DNA of 64,000 nt from the NCBI GenBank assembly GCA_963816505.1, contig CAWFKT010000002.1:448895-512894 (forward strand), given 5' to 3'. The first letter of the stretch is position 1. The number at the start of each line of letters is the position of its first letter. This document shows positions 18,142 to 27,560 of this stretch, in pieces. The stretch comes from an uncultured Solirubrobacterales bacterium (GTDB lineage Bacteria > Actinomycetota > Thermoleophilia > Solirubrobacterales > 70-9). The translations under genes were made by a program, and so were the position numbers. The notes beneath the pieces are model-generated. The model ran no database searches, was not told the DNA's origin, and saw nothing but the letters and a program-made list of their open reading frames with translations.

Positions 18142-19113
18142 GTGCCGTTCCCCGCAACACGCATGCGTCGTCTCCGCCGCACGGAGGCCCTCCGCGGCCT
18201 CGTTCGAGAGACGAACCTGTCGCCGGCCGACCTGATCCAGCCACTCTTCGTGGTTGCAGGAGAAGATGTCCGCGAGGAGATCGACTCGATGCCCGGCATC
18301 GAGCGGTTCTCGATCTCGGAGCTGGTTGCGGAGGCGACCGAGATCGCCACTGCGGGTGTTGGGGCTGTCCTCCTTTTCGGCGTCCCTGCGGCCAAGGACG
18401 AGTCCGGATCGGGCGCCTACGACGATGAGGGCGTCGTGCAGATGGCGGTGCGGGCGCTGAAGGAGGCCCACCCGGACCTGACCGTGATCACAGACGTTTG
18501 CTTGTGCGAGTACACGTCGCATGGGCACTGCGGCTTCGTGCGCGATGGCGAGGTCGACAACGACATCACGGTTGAGCTGCTGGCGAAAACTGCGGTCTCC
18601 CACGCTGAGGCTGGCGCCGACGCGGTCGCACCGAGCGACATGATGGACGGGCGGGTTGGGGCGATTCGGCATCAGCTCGACGAGGAGGGGCACTCCGGGG
18701 TGCCGATCGTCGCTTACAGCGCCAAGTACGCCTCTGCTTTCTATGGGCCGTTTCGAGACGCCGCCGATTCGACGCCTGAGTTCGGCGATCGACGGGGCTA
18801 CCAAATGGACCCCGCCAACGCCGCCGAGGCGGTGCGCGAGGCCGAGCTCGACCTCGAAGAGGGGGCGGACATGCTGATGGTCAAGCCGGCCACCGCCTAC
18901 CTCGACGTGGTCCGCCGGGTCAAGGAGGCGACCAACGCCCCGCTGGTCGCCTACCACGTCTCCGGCGAGTACTCGATGCTGAAGGCCGCCGCCGAGCACG
19001 GCTGGATCGACGAGCAGGCCGCCGTGCTGGAGACGCTGACCTCGATCCGCCGCGCCGGCGCCGACGCGATCGTCACCTACTACGCGAAGGAGGCCGCGCC
19101 GTGGATTCGGTGA
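18142..19113 (+). CDS. hemB: Porphobilinogen synthase (delta-aminolevulinate dehydratase), Zn-type
   Basis: ...[31 protein letters not shown]..., Cys-rich metal site [14 protein letters not shown], ...ADMLMVKPA... Start set to GTG 18142 because the upstream part of ORF 18091 lies in repeat F. Confidence 0.92.
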   Translation: MPFPATRMRRLRRTEALRGLVRETNLSPADLIQPLFVVAGEDVREEIDSMPGIERFSISELVAEATEIATAGVGAVLLFGVPAAKDESGSGAYDDEGVVQMAVRALKEAHPDLTVITDVCLCEYTSHGHCGFVRDGEVDNDITVELLAKTAVSHAEAGADAVAPSDMMDGRVGAIRHQLDEEGHSGVPIVAYSAKYASAFYGPFRDAADSTPEFGDRRGYQMDPANAAEAVREAELDLEEGADMLMVKPATAYLDVVRRVKEATNAPLVAYHVSGEYSMLKAAAEHGWIDEQAAVLETLTSIRRAGADAIVTYYAKEAAPWIR

Positions 19114-20186
19114 AGGTCCCGCAGTCGAAGGCCCGCTCCCGCAAGGACGGCGCCGCGATCCCGCTCGACGAGGCCGACAAGCGGCTGATGAACCTGCTGC
19201 AGTCGAGCTTCCCGCTCGACCCGGAGCCCTTCGCGCTCGCCGCCGCGGAGGCCGAACTCGAGCTGGACGACGTCCTCGCCCGCACCAAGCGCCTACTCGA
19301 CGAGCGGATCATCCGCGAGATCACGCCGATCTTCGATACCCGCGCGCTCGGCTACGAGTCGATGCTGGTCGCTGCCAAGGTCGACTCCGAGCATCCCCAG
19401 CGCGCCGCCCAGGCGGTCAACGCCCATCCCGGCGTCTCGCACAACTACCTGCGCACCCACGACTTCAACCTCTGGTTCACGATCGCCACCCCGCCCGACT
19501 CCAAGCTCGGCCTGGCCGGCACGCTGGAGGTGTTGATGCGCGAGACCGGCGCCGAGTCGATGCGCGAGCTGCCGACCCTGACCCTGTTCAAGATCAACAT
19601 GAACCTGGAGATGGAGAAGGGCACCGATGCGCTCGCCGCCGCCGCGGACGCATCGCCGCCGCGCGAGCTCGAGGCGCAGCCCTACGACGCGCGCGACATC
19701 GCCGTGATCCGCGCCCTGCAGGGTCCGATGCAGCCGGTCGAGCGCCCTTACGACGAGGCCGCCGCCGAGCTGGGGATGAGCACGCCGGAGCTGCTCGAGC
19801 ATCTCGGCGGCATGGTCGAGCGCAAGCTGCTGCGCCGCGTCGCCGCGATCCTCTTCCACCGCCGTGCCGGCTTCTCGGCCAACGGCATGGGAGTCTGGAA
19901 GGTGCCGGAGGGGGAGATCATGGAGATGGGCGGGCGTATGGCCTCCTTCCGCGGCATCTCGCACTGCTACCAGCGCCCCACCTACGAGGACTGGCCCTAC
20001 AGCGTCTTCACGATGGCTCACGGGCGCTCCAAGGAGGAGTGCGATGCGATCCTCGACTCGATCGCCGAGGACTGCGACATGGGCCCCGACGACCGCGCCA
20101 CCCTCTACTCCTCGACCGAGTACAAGAAGATCCGCCTTCACTACTTCACCGACGACTACCGGCGCTGGGAGGAGGAGCATTCCTAG
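19101..20186 (+). CDS. Fused two-module AsnC/Lrp-like protein of the siroheme decarboxylase (AhbA/AhbB, NirD/L) type
   Basis: Two tandem modules: (1) ...[22 protein letters not shown]...[25 protein letters not shown]...[20 protein letters not shown]... (2) ...[13 protein letters not shown]...[26 protein letters not shown]...[23 protein letters not shown]... Overlaps the hemB stop. Confidence 0.65.
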   Translation: MDSVKVPQSKARSRKDGAAIPLDEADKRLMNLLQSSFPLDPEPFALAAAEAELELDDVLARTKRLLDERIIREITPIFDTRALGYESMLVAAKVDSEHPQRAAQAVNAHPGVSHNYLRTHDFNLWFTIATPPDSKLGLAGTLEVLMRETGAESMRELPTLTLFKINMNLEMEKGTDALAAAADASPPRELEAQPYDARDIAVIRALQGPMQPVERPYDEAAAELGMSTPELLEHLGGMVERKLLRRVAAILFHRRAGFSANGMGVWKVPEGEIMEMGGRMASFRGISHCYQRPTYEDWPYSVFTMAHGRSKEECDAILDSIAEDCDMGPDDRATLYSSTEYKKIRLHYFTDDYRRWEEEHS

Positions 20187-21453
20187 CGACGAGCGCTCGG
20201 CGGAGCTGTACCGGCGGGCGCTGAAGGTCCTTCCCGGTGGGGTTAACAGCCCTGTGCGGGCGATGGGGCAGATTGGGCGGGAGCCGATCTTCGTCGAGCG
20301 TGGCGAGGGCTGCGAGTTGGTCGATGTCGACGGCAATCGCTACGTCGATTGGGTCGGGTCCTGGGGGCCGCTGATCCTTGGCCATGCGCACCCGGCTGTG
20401 GTCGCGGCGGTCACTGAGGCCGCGGCGCGGGGGACTAGCTTTGGCGCCGCGACCGAGGCCGAGGTCGAGCTCGCGGAAGAGGTCGTCGCTCGGGTTCCCT
20501 CGGCGGAGATGGTGCGGATGACCAGCTCCGGCACCGAGGCGGCGATGAGTGCCGTGCGGCTGGCCCGGGCGGCCAGCGGCCGCGAGGTGGTGGTCAAGTT
20601 CGCCGGCGCCTACCACGGCCATTCCGACGGGCTGCTGGCCGAGGCCGGCTCGGGCCTGGCGACGCTGGCGATCCCGGCCAGCCCCGGGGTCACCCGCGCC
20701 CAGGCGGCCGGCACCGTGGTCGTGCCGTGGAACGATCGCGAGGCGGTCGAGCGGGCCCTCGCCGAGCACCCCGTCGCCGCCCTGATCGCCGAGCCGATCG
20801 CCGCCAACATGGGCGTCGTGCCGCCCGCCACCGGCTTCCTCGAGTTCCTCCGCTCTGCCACCGCAGAGGCGGGCGCGCTGCTCGTCTTCGACGAGGTGAT
20901 CAGCGGCTTCCGGGTCGCCCGCGGCGGCGCCCAGCAGCTCTACGCGGTGGAGCCCGACCTGACCGTGCTCGGCAAGGTGATCGGCGGCGGCCTGCCCGCG
21001 GCGGCTTACGCGGGCTCGCGGCAGCTGATGGAGCGGATCGCCCCGGCCGGCGACGTCTACCAGGCAGGCACGCTGTCCGGCAACCCGCTTGCCACCGCGG
21101 CGGGCCTCGCCACCCTGCGCGAGCTCGACGCCGCGGCCTACCGGCGCCTCGCCGAGCTGACCGATCGTCTCTCCGCGGGCTTCCGCGCTCTCGCCGGCGA
21201 CCGGCCTCTCCAGGTCGCCACCGCCCCCGGCCTGCTCACCCTCTTCTTCAGCGAGAAGCCGGTCACCGACTTCGCCGCCACCGGCTGCGACCTCGAAGCC
21301 CACGCCCGCTTCTGCCGCGCCCTGCTCGACCGCGGCGTCTACCCACCCCCCTCCCAGTTCGAGGCCTGGTTCGTCTCCCTCGCCCACGACGAGGCGGCGA
21401 TCGACCGCACCCTCGAAGCCGCCGCGGAGTCGCTAGGCGAGGCACTCCGGTGA
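20179..21453 (+). CDS. hemL: Glutamate-1-semialdehyde 2,1-aminomutase (start codon uncertain)
   Basis: ...ELYRRALKVLPGGVNSPVRAMG..., ...SWGPLILGHAHP..., PLP-lysine region ...LTVLGKVIGGGLP... There is no ATG, GTG or TTG between the upstream stop and the conserved N-terminus; only ATT 20179 or CTG 20206 are available. Confidence 0.88.
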   Translation: MPSDERSAELYRRALKVLPGGVNSPVRAMGQIGREPIFVERGEGCELVDVDGNRYVDWVGSWGPLILGHAHPAVVAAVTEAAARGTSFGAATEAEVELAEEVVARVPSAEMVRMTSSGTEAAMSAVRLARAASGREVVVKFAGAYHGHSDGLLAEAGSGLATLAIPASPGVTRAQAAGTVVVPWNDREAVERALAEHPVAALIAEPIAANMGVVPPATGFLEFLRSATAEAGALLVFDEVISGFRVARGGAQQLYAVEPDLTVLGKVIGGGLPAAAYAGSRQLMERIAPAGDVYQAGTLSGNPLATAAGLATLRELDAAAYRRLAELTDRLSAGFRALAGDRPLQVATAPGLLTLFFSEKPVTDFAATGCDLEAHARFCRALLDRGVYPPPSQFEAWFVSLAHDEAAIDRTLEAAAESLGEALR

Positions 21454-21493
21454 CGGGCGCAACGTTTTCTCCTCCCCACAGGGGGACAGCGCG

Positions 21494-21973
21494 TTGCACC
21501 GGGGGCTCCAGATGAGCTCCGACCCGGAGCGGGCACTCACGGCTCTTGCCGCCCAATTGCGGTCCGAGGACACGCCAATCTCCGAGCACGTGATCGAGCC
21601 GGACGAGCGGCCGGCGTTCGGCCTGCTCGCTGCCCGCGGCGAACGCGCTTCGGCGGCGCCGGGGGAGTACGCGTTCGTGGTCGAGGCGGTGCGCGAGGGA
21701 TACCTGCTGCATTACGGCGAGTCGAGGCTGCTGCACGGCCACGACGGGAACCTTGCCCTGCTCGCCGGCGACTACCTCTACGCGCTCGGCATAGAGCGGC
21801 TCGCCGCGCTCGGCGACGAGAAGGCGGTCGCCGTTCTGGCGCAGTTGATCGGCCGCTGCGCCCAGCTGCATGCCGAGGCCCGCGAGGCCGAGGTCCCCGC
21901 CCTGTGGCGCTCTGCCGCTCTCTCTGTCGGCGGCGCCGACCACGGCGACCCCGGCGCGGCGCGAGTCAAATAG
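21494..21973 (+). CDS. Hypothetical protein; possible degenerate polyprenyl-synthase-like (HepS-like) subunit
   Basis: 159 aa. ...NLALLAGDYLYALGIERLA... recalls the LxGD helix of trans-prenyltransferases, but there is no DDxxD. It heads the qcr-menG-prenyl synthase string. Confidence 0.4.
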   Translation: MHRGLQMSSDPERALTALAAQLRSEDTPISEHVIEPDERPAFGLLAARGERASAAPGEYAFVVEAVREGYLLHYGESRLLHGHDGNLALLAGDYLYALGIERLAALGDEKAVAVLAQLIGRCAQLHAEAREAEVPALWRSAALSVGGADHGDPGAARVK

Positions 21974-21999
21974 ACTTCCCGCTTCTTGAGGGTGAGCTG

Positions 22000-22680
22000 T
22001 TGAGCGACGAAACGGACAAGCAAAACGGGGCCGAGGCGGCTGGTCGGCCAGAGCGCCCGCAGCCCGAGCCACCGGGCTACTTCGAGGGCGAGTCGATGAC
22101 GCGCCGTCGCGCCTTCACGGTCGCCGTGCAGGGCCTGGGTGGGCTCGCCGGCGCGGCGATCGTCCTCCCCGCCGTCGGCTTCGCCGTCGCGCCGATCTTC
22201 CACCAGGGCAAGGAACGCTGGGAGGCGGTCGGCCCGCTGAGCGATTTCGTCGAAGACACCTACCGCCAGGTCGTCTTCACCGAAACCGAGTCGATCGGCG
22301 ATGCCGGCAAGACCACAGCCTACGTGCGCCGCAGCTCCAAGCAGCTCGGCGAAAAGCCGGGGCTGTTCGTCGCGGTCTCCAACCGCTGCGCCCACCTCGG
22401 CTGTCCGGTTCGCTTCGTCGAGGCGGCGGGCAACTTCATCTGCCCCTGCCACGGCGGCGTCTACGACTTCCAGGGCAAACGGATCGGCGGCCCGCCGGTG
22501 CGCCCCCTCGACCACTTCCAGACCCGCGTCCGCAACGGCCAGGTCGAGCTCGGCCCCCGCTACAGCGTCACCTCGCAGCTCGAACCGGTCCGCGCCCGCG
22601 ATCCCGGCGAGTTCACCGGTGGTGTCTGGGAATACCTGTACCCGCCGCGCCCGTCCACCTTCCCGCCGCCGAGCAGCTGA
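22000..22680 (+). CDS. qcrA: Menaquinol-cytochrome c reductase Rieske iron-sulfur subunit
   Basis: Rieske boxes CAHLGCP and CPCHGGVY. Tat-like MTRRRAF followed by a TM helix. Start is TTG 22000 or ATG 22096. Confidence 0.88.
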   Translation: MSDETDKQNGAEAAGRPERPQPEPPGYFEGESMTRRRAFTVAVQGLGGLAGAAIVLPAVGFAVAPIFHQGKERWEAVGPLSDFVEDTYRQVVFTETESIGDAGKTTAYVRRSSKQLGEKPGLFVAVSNRCAHLGCPVRFVEAAGNFICPCHGGVYDFQGKRIGGPPVRPLDHFQTRVRNGQVELGPRYSVTSQLEPVRARDPGEFTGGVWEYLYPPRPSTFPPPSS

Positions 22681-22693
22681 GGTCTGGCTGACG

Positions 22694-23584
22694 ATGAAGC
22701 TCGATTCCCTGATCCCCGCACCGCTCCGCAAACCGGCCAAGCCGGGGGAGGGCAATGGCGCCGCCGGCGCGGCGCCAGCCGACCTCAAGGCCTCGCCTCC
22801 CGAGCGCCCCTCGGACGCGCAGCGGATCAAAGAGCGCGCGGTCGAAGCGCCGGTCGACGTGCTCGCCTGGGTCGACCAGCGCACCGCCGCGTCGGGCTTC
22901 CTCACCGGCATGCTCTACCGCAAGGTCCCGAAGGGCACCAACTGGTTCTACACGCTTGGCTCGGCGACCCTGATCGCCTTCATCTCGCAGGCGATCACCG
23001 GAGTCTTCCTGGCGATGTTCTACACGCCGTCGACCACCCAGGCCTACGCCTCGATCGCCCACATCAACAACGACGTCTTCCTCGGCCAGCTCGTCCACGG
23101 GATGCACAAGTGGGGCTCGAGCGTGATGGTGATCCTGATCTTCCTCCATATGGGCCGCACCTTCTTCTTCGGCGCTTACAAGTACCCGCGCGAGCTCAAC
23201 TGGGTGATCGGGGTCGTGCTGCTGATCCTGACGATGACGATGGCCTTCACCGGCTATCTGCTGCCCTTCGACCAGCGCTCCTTCTGGGCTTCGGTCGTCG
23301 GCATCAACATCAACGGCACCGGGCCTGTCGTCGGCCCCTACCTGAGCGACTTCCTGCGGGCCGGGCCCGAGCTGGGCGCGACCACGCTGTCGCGCTTCTA
23401 CGCGATCCACATGCTCCTCCTCCCCGGCGCGATCATCGCCCTGATCGGCGCTCACATGTATCTCGTCGTCAAGCTCGGCACGACCGCACCGCCGTGGATG
23501 AAAGCCGACAAGCCCAAGATCGCCTCCCCGACCGCGCAGCTCGACGCCGGCGTCGAGGGCAACGGAGCGGGGCCGACCTCATGA
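22694..23584 (+). CDS. qcrB: Cytochrome b6-type subunit of the bc complex
   Basis: ATG 22694 within ORF 22301..23584. ...WGSSVMVILIFLHMGRTFFFGAYKYPRELNW... and ...FYAIHMLLLPGAIIALIGAHMYL... are haem-ligand histidine helices. 296 aa, split-b type. Confidence 0.9.
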   Translation: MKLDSLIPAPLRKPAKPGEGNGAAGAAPADLKASPPERPSDAQRIKERAVEAPVDVLAWVDQRTAASGFLTGMLYRKVPKGTNWFYTLGSATLIAFISQAITGVFLAMFYTPSTTQAYASIAHINNDVFLGQLVHGMHKWGSSVMVILIFLHMGRTFFFGAYKYPRELNWVIGVVLLILTMTMAFTGYLLPFDQRSFWASVVGININGTGPVVGPYLSDFLRAGPELGATTLSRFYAIHMLLLPGAIIALIGAHMYLVVKLGTTAPPWMKADKPKIASPTAQLDAGVEGNGAGPTS

Positions 23585-24282
23585 AGCCAAGCGAGAAGCA
23601 GGCATACCTCGAGGAATACGAGCTGCTGAAGAAGAAGGGCAAGCCCTTCTTCCCCTACGCGGTGTTGAAGGACTCGGCGATGATGCTGATCGTCGTCGGA
23701 GTGATCATCCTGATGTCGGTCCTGCTCGGCGCCGAGCAGGGGCCGAAGGCGGACCCGACCACGACCACCTACGTGCCCCGGCCGGAGTGGTACTTCTTCT
23801 TCCTCTTCGAGCTCCTGCGCGTGATCAAGCCGCCGGAACTGGTCCCGATCGCCACGATCGGGATCCCCACGGCTTGCATGGTCCTGCTGCTCCTGCTGCC
23901 GTTCTACGACCGCGGCCCGGAGCGCAACCCGATTCGCCGGCCGATCGCGACCACCGCGGGCTGCATAACAATCGCGGCGATGGCCTACCTCACCTTCCTC
24001 GGCGCGACCGGGGGCTCGCCGACCGAAATCGACATGAAGGTCGCGAAGCGCTACGAACCGGGCAAGGAGGTAGTCGCCGGCTCGGGCTGCCTGGCCTGCC
24101 ACAAGCTCGGCGAGAACGGCAACAACGGCCCCGGTCCTGAACTGACCCACATCGCCCAGCGGATCCCGCGCGCGGCGATCATCCGCTCGGTGGAAATCGG
24201 CCCCGGTATCATGCCTTCCTTCCGCGACCTACCGCCGAAGAAGCTCAACGAGCTCGCTGATTTCCTCTCCTCGCTCGACTAA
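23581..24282 (+). CDS. qcrC: bc-complex subunit IV fused to mono-haem cytochrome c (Bacillus QcrC type)
   Basis: ATG 23581 overlaps the qcrB stop (ATGA). ...PRPEWYFFFLFELLR... is the PEWY region. C-terminal CLACH haem c motif and ...GIMPSF... Confidence 0.88.
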   Translation: MKPSEKQAYLEEYELLKKKGKPFFPYAVLKDSAMMLIVVGVIILMSVLLGAEQGPKADPTTTTYVPRPEWYFFFLFELLRVIKPPELVPIATIGIPTACMVLLLLLPFYDRGPERNPIRRPIATTAGCITIAAMAYLTFLGATGGSPTEIDMKVAKRYEPGKEVVAGSGCLACHKLGENGNNGPGPELTHIAQRIPRAAIIRSVEIGPGIMPSFRDLPPKKLNELADFLSSLD

Positions 24283-24325
24283 GCCCTCCCGGGATTCCGC
24301 CCAGTTCGCCGGGCAGGTAAACCGT

Positions 24326-24994
24326 ATGTTCGACCGGGTCGCCGGCCGCTACGACGCGCTCAACTCGGTGATGACGGCGGGGCTGCACCACCGCTGGCGC
24401 CAGCGCGCCGCCGATCGCGCCGAGCTGCGGCCGGGGGACTCGGCGCTCGACGTCTGCTGCGGCACCGGCGACCTGGCGCTCGAGCTGGCCGGCCACGTGG
24501 CGCCCGGCGGCCACGTGGTCGGCTGCGACTTCTCCGAGCCGATGCTCGACCTGGCCCGCGAGAAGGCCGGCGCTCGCGAGGCGACGGCGGTCCGCTTCGA
24601 GTGGGCCGACGCCCTCTCGCTGCCCTACGACGCCGGCCGCTTCGACGCCGTCACGGTCGGCTTCGGCGTGCGCAACCTCGCCGACCTCGACCGCGGCCTG
24701 CGCGAGATGGCTCGCGTCCTCCGTCCCGGCGGGCGCCTGGTTGTGCTCGAGATCACCCAGCCCACCCGGCCGCCGCTCTCGACCTTCTACTCGCTCTGGT
24801 TCGACCGGATCGTGCCCCTGCTCGGCAGCTTCTCCGGCGACGCCGAGGCCTACTCCTACCTGCCCGAGTCGGTGCGCAGCTTTCCCGGCCCGGCCCGGCT
24901 GGCGGAGCTGATGGACTCGGCCGGGCTGGAGCAGATCCGCTGGACGGTTCTCGCCGGGGGGATCATCGCGATCCACAGCGGCGTCCTCGGGTGA
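24326..24994 (+). CDS. menG: Demethylmenaquinone methyltransferase (UbiE/MenG family)
   Basis: ...FDRVAGRYDALNSVMTAGLHHRWR..., SAM motif LDVCCGTGDLALEL, ...RVLRPGGRLVVLE... 222 aa. Confidence 0.88.
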   Translation: MFDRVAGRYDALNSVMTAGLHHRWRQRAADRAELRPGDSALDVCCGTGDLALELAGHVAPGGHVVGCDFSEPMLDLAREKAGAREATAVRFEWADALSLPYDAGRFDAVTVGFGVRNLADLDRGLREMARVLRPGGRLVVLEITQPTRPPLSTFYSLWFDRIVPLLGSFSGDAEAYSYLPESVRSFPGPARLAELMDSAGLEQIRWTVLAGGIIAIHSGVLG

Positions 24995-25956
24995 CCCGCC
25001 GCTCCGTCGTCCCGCCGCCGGTAACCGCGGTCCTCGACGCGTCGAGCCGCTGGCTGCCCGCCCGGTTGGCCGAGGTCGAGCAGCAGCTGCGCGAGCAGAG
25101 CCAGAGCAACGGCGAGCTGCTGGGCGGCGATGCCGCCGCCACGCTTGCCGCCGGCGGCAAGCGCCTGCGGCCCCTGCTGGTCCTGCTCTGCGCCGGGGCG
25201 GACGGAGGAGAGCGAGCCGTGCGGGCGGCGACGGCGATCGAGCTGATCCACATGGCGACCCTCGTCCACGACGACGTCCTCGATGCCGCGCCGCTGCGCC
25301 GCGGCCAGCCGACCGTCGCCGCCTCCTCGGGCCGGGATCGGGCGACGGCCGTCGGCGACCTGCTCTTCTCGCGGGCGTTCGCGCTCCTCGCCGAGCACGG
25401 TGACGATCGCGCCGTCGCGCTCCTCGCCGAGGCCTCGGTCGCGCTGGCGCGAGGAGAGCTGTTCCAGCGCCACGATGCCTTCGAGATCGGCATCGCCGAG
25501 GCGCGCTACCTCGAGCGCTGCCGGCTCAAGACCGCGAAGCTGTTCGAGTGCGCCTGCCTGATCGGCTCCGGCGTCGAGGCTCTCGGCGCCTTCGGAGCCG
25601 AGATAGGCCTGGCCTTCCAACTCCTCGACGACGTGCTCGACATCGCCGGCCCGGTCGAGCGGACCGGCAAGGCGCGCGGCACCGACTTTCTCGACGGTAC
25701 CGTCACCCTGCCGCTGATCGTCGCGGTCGCGGCCGAGCCGTCGATCGCGGCAGTCGACTTGCGCGCTCTCGATCCGGCCGGCGCCGAGCGGCTCTGCGAT
25801 CGCGTCGCCGCAACCGGAGCGCTGGACGCGGTCCGTTCCCGCGCGCTGGCGATGGTCGCGAAAGCAAAGGCCGTGCTTGACGCGGCTGCCTTCGACCCCG
25901 AGCAGCGGCAGCTGCTCGACATCGTCGCCGACGGCGTGGTGCAGCGCTACAGCTGA
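24991..25956 (+). CDS. Long-chain trans-polyprenyl diphosphate synthase (HepT/IspB-like)
   Basis: GTG 24991 overlaps the menG stop (GTGA). First Asp-rich motif LVHDDVLD, second FQLLDDVLD. 321 aa. Confidence 0.88.
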   Translation: MTRRSVVPPPVTAVLDASSRWLPARLAEVEQQLREQSQSNGELLGGDAAATLAAGGKRLRPLLVLLCAGADGGERAVRAATAIELIHMATLVHDDVLDAAPLRRGQPTVAASSGRDRATAVGDLLFSRAFALLAEHGDDRAVALLAEASVALARGELFQRHDAFEIGIAEARYLERCRLKTAKLFECACLIGSGVEALGAFGAEIGLAFQLLDDVLDIAGPVERTGKARGTDFLDGTVTLPLIVAVAAEPSIAAVDLRALDPAGAERLCDRVAATGALDAVRSRALAMVAKAKAVLDAAAFDPEQRQLLDIVADGVVQRYS

Positions 25957-26045
25957 TAGCCGGGCGCCGTCTCCTCCGTTCCCGCCTGGCCGCGCTAATG
26001 ACACCCGGCTATCACGCGCCCATGCTCCCGCGCGTCCGGGGACGG

Positions 26046-26378
26046 CTAGCGGAAGTCGTCGGCGCCGATCAGGTCCGCGTCCAGCGCGGCGACGAAGGTG
26101 TCGAGGACGAACTGCATGTTCTCGTGCTCGAGCGCTTTCAAGACGTCGCTGAGCGCCCTGGTGCCGAAGTCGAGCTCCTCGTCGAAGGCGTCGATCGCGG
26201 CTTCGCCGTGAACCTCGTCGCAGTGCCAGTCGCACTCCGGACAGCGCCGCCAGAGGCGCCAGTGGCCGCGGTCGCCGGCCTGCTCCCAGCAGGTCGGCTG
26301 GACCAGCAGCGAGGTGCAGCGCGGGCAGACGTGGAGCCCGGCCGCGGTCTTCGTCTGACTGGCGCTTGCGTCTCTCAT
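26046..26378 (-). CDS. Small zinc-ribbon protein, unassigned
   Basis: 110 aa from ATG 26378. CPRC...(30 aa)...CPEC pairs (…LHVCPRCTSLL…WRRCPECDWHC…), acidic helical C-terminus. The longer ORF 26046..26960 runs antisense to tatA and tatC and is discounted. Confidence 0.5.
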   Translation of the reverse strand: MRDASASQTKTAAGLHVCPRCTSLLVQPTCWEQAGDRGHWRLWRRCPECDWHCDEVHGEAAIDAFDEELDFGTRALSDVLKALEHENMQFVLDTFVAALDADLIGADDFR

Positions 26379-26516
26379 ACTTGCCCTATCGAACCCGCGA
26401 AACACCAACTCAATCCGCACTTTTCCGCGGCAGGGCGACAAAACCCAATTATCGAGTAGGCCGTCGCCCGAATTCGCTGCGATCCGACCGAGCTGGGCGA
26501 GCGTTACCATTGGTCG

Positions 26517-26771
26517 ATGCCAAACGTCGGACCTTTCGAGCTTGCGATCGTCGTGATCATCGCCCTGATCGTCTTCGGGCCGAAACGGCTGCCGGAGCTG
26601 GGCCGTTCGCTCGGCAAAGGAATCCGCGAGTTCCGCGGCTCGGTCAGCGGCGAGAGCCATGAGCCGGAGCGCCCCGAGGCGATCGAGCCGCCGGCGGCGC
26701 CCGCCGTCCCGCCCACGCCCCCCGCCGAGCCGGGTGCCGAGGGCGAGCCGGTCGCCCACGATCGCCGCTGA
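26517..26771 (+). CDS. tatA: Twin-arginine translocase subunit TatA/E
   Basis: MPNVGPFELAIVVIIALIVFGPKRLPELGRSLGKGIREFR is the canonical TatA N-terminus. Pro/Glu-rich tail. Confidence 0.92.
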   Translation: MPNVGPFELAIVVIIALIVFGPKRLPELGRSLGKGIREFRGSVSGESHEPERPEAIEPPAAPAVPPTPPAEPGAEGEPVAHDRR

Positions 26772-26783
26772 GGACAAGCCGCG

Positions 26784-27554
26784 ATGGCTCGCATGAGGTC
26801 GGTCTCCCACGAGGATCGCCTCACCCTGGTCGAGCATCTCGACGAGCTCCGCACCCGCCTGGTCGTCTGCCTCGTCGTCGTCGGCGTCGCCCTGGCGCTC
26901 TGCTTCTGGCAAAACCACCTGCTGCTGGAAATCGCCAACGGCCCGCTGCCCAGCGAGCACAAGAAGCTGCTCACCTTCGGCGTCACCGAGGCCTTCACGA
27001 CGACGCTGACGGTCGCCACCTACGGCGCTCTGATCCTCTCGATGCCGATCCTGCTCTACCAGGCCTACGCCTACGTGCTGCCCGCCTTCAGCGACCGCGA
27101 GCGGCGTGTGATCGTGCCGATCCTGCTGATGGTCCCGATCCTCTTTATCGCCGGGGTCGCTTTCGCCTACTTCGCCGTGATGCCGGCCGCGGTCAAGTTC
27201 CTGCTCGGCTTCAACGACACCCAGTTCAACGTCCAGGTTCGCGCTCGCGACTACTACAGCTTCTTCTCGACCACCATGCTCGCCTGCGGACTCGTCTTCC
27301 AGCTCCCCTTGGCGATCCTCGCCGTCACCCGCCTGGGCATCGTCAAGGTCGAGCAGCTCACCCGCAACCGCCGCTACGCCTACCTGATCATCGCGATCAT
27401 CGCCGCCGCGCTGCCCGGCGTCGACCCGATCTCGATGCTGATCGAGATGGTGCCGCTGCTTGTCCTCTTCGAGTTGAGTATCTTGATCGCTCGGGCTTTC
27501 GGTACGCCGAAGGCTGCGGGAGGAATGGCAAGGCCCTCAACCCAGGAGCGCTGA
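26784..27554 (+). CDS. tatC: Twin-arginine translocase subunit TatC
   Basis: ...LTLVEHLDELRTRLVVCLV... then six TM helices. 256 aa. Follows tatA. Confidence 0.9.
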   Translation: MARMRSVSHEDRLTLVEHLDELRTRLVVCLVVVGVALALCFWQNHLLLEIANGPLPSEHKKLLTFGVTEAFTTTLTVATYGALILSMPILLYQAYAYVLPAFSDRERRVIVPILLMVPILFIAGVAFAYFAVMPAAVKFLLGFNDTQFNVQVRARDYYSFFSTTMLACGLVFQLPLAILAVTRLGIVKVEQLTRNRRYAYLIIAIIAAALPGVDPISMLIEMVPLLVLFELSILIARAFGTPKAAGGMARPSTQER

Positions 27555-27560
27555 ATCGAG

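Noticed and set aside
25955-26013. 10-bp inverted repeat (GATAGCCGGG ... CCCGGCTATC) between the convergent prenyl synthase and zinc-ribbon genes, as a terminator.
   Set aside because: The 39-nt spacer gives a weak stem and there is no T-tract. This is within chance expectation for GC-rich DNA.
26379-26960. N-terminal 194 aa of ORF 26046..26960 (-) as part of the zinc-ribbon protein.
   Set aside because: That part runs antisense to tatA and tatC with low-complexity content. A clean ATG at 26378 gives a compact 110-aa protein.
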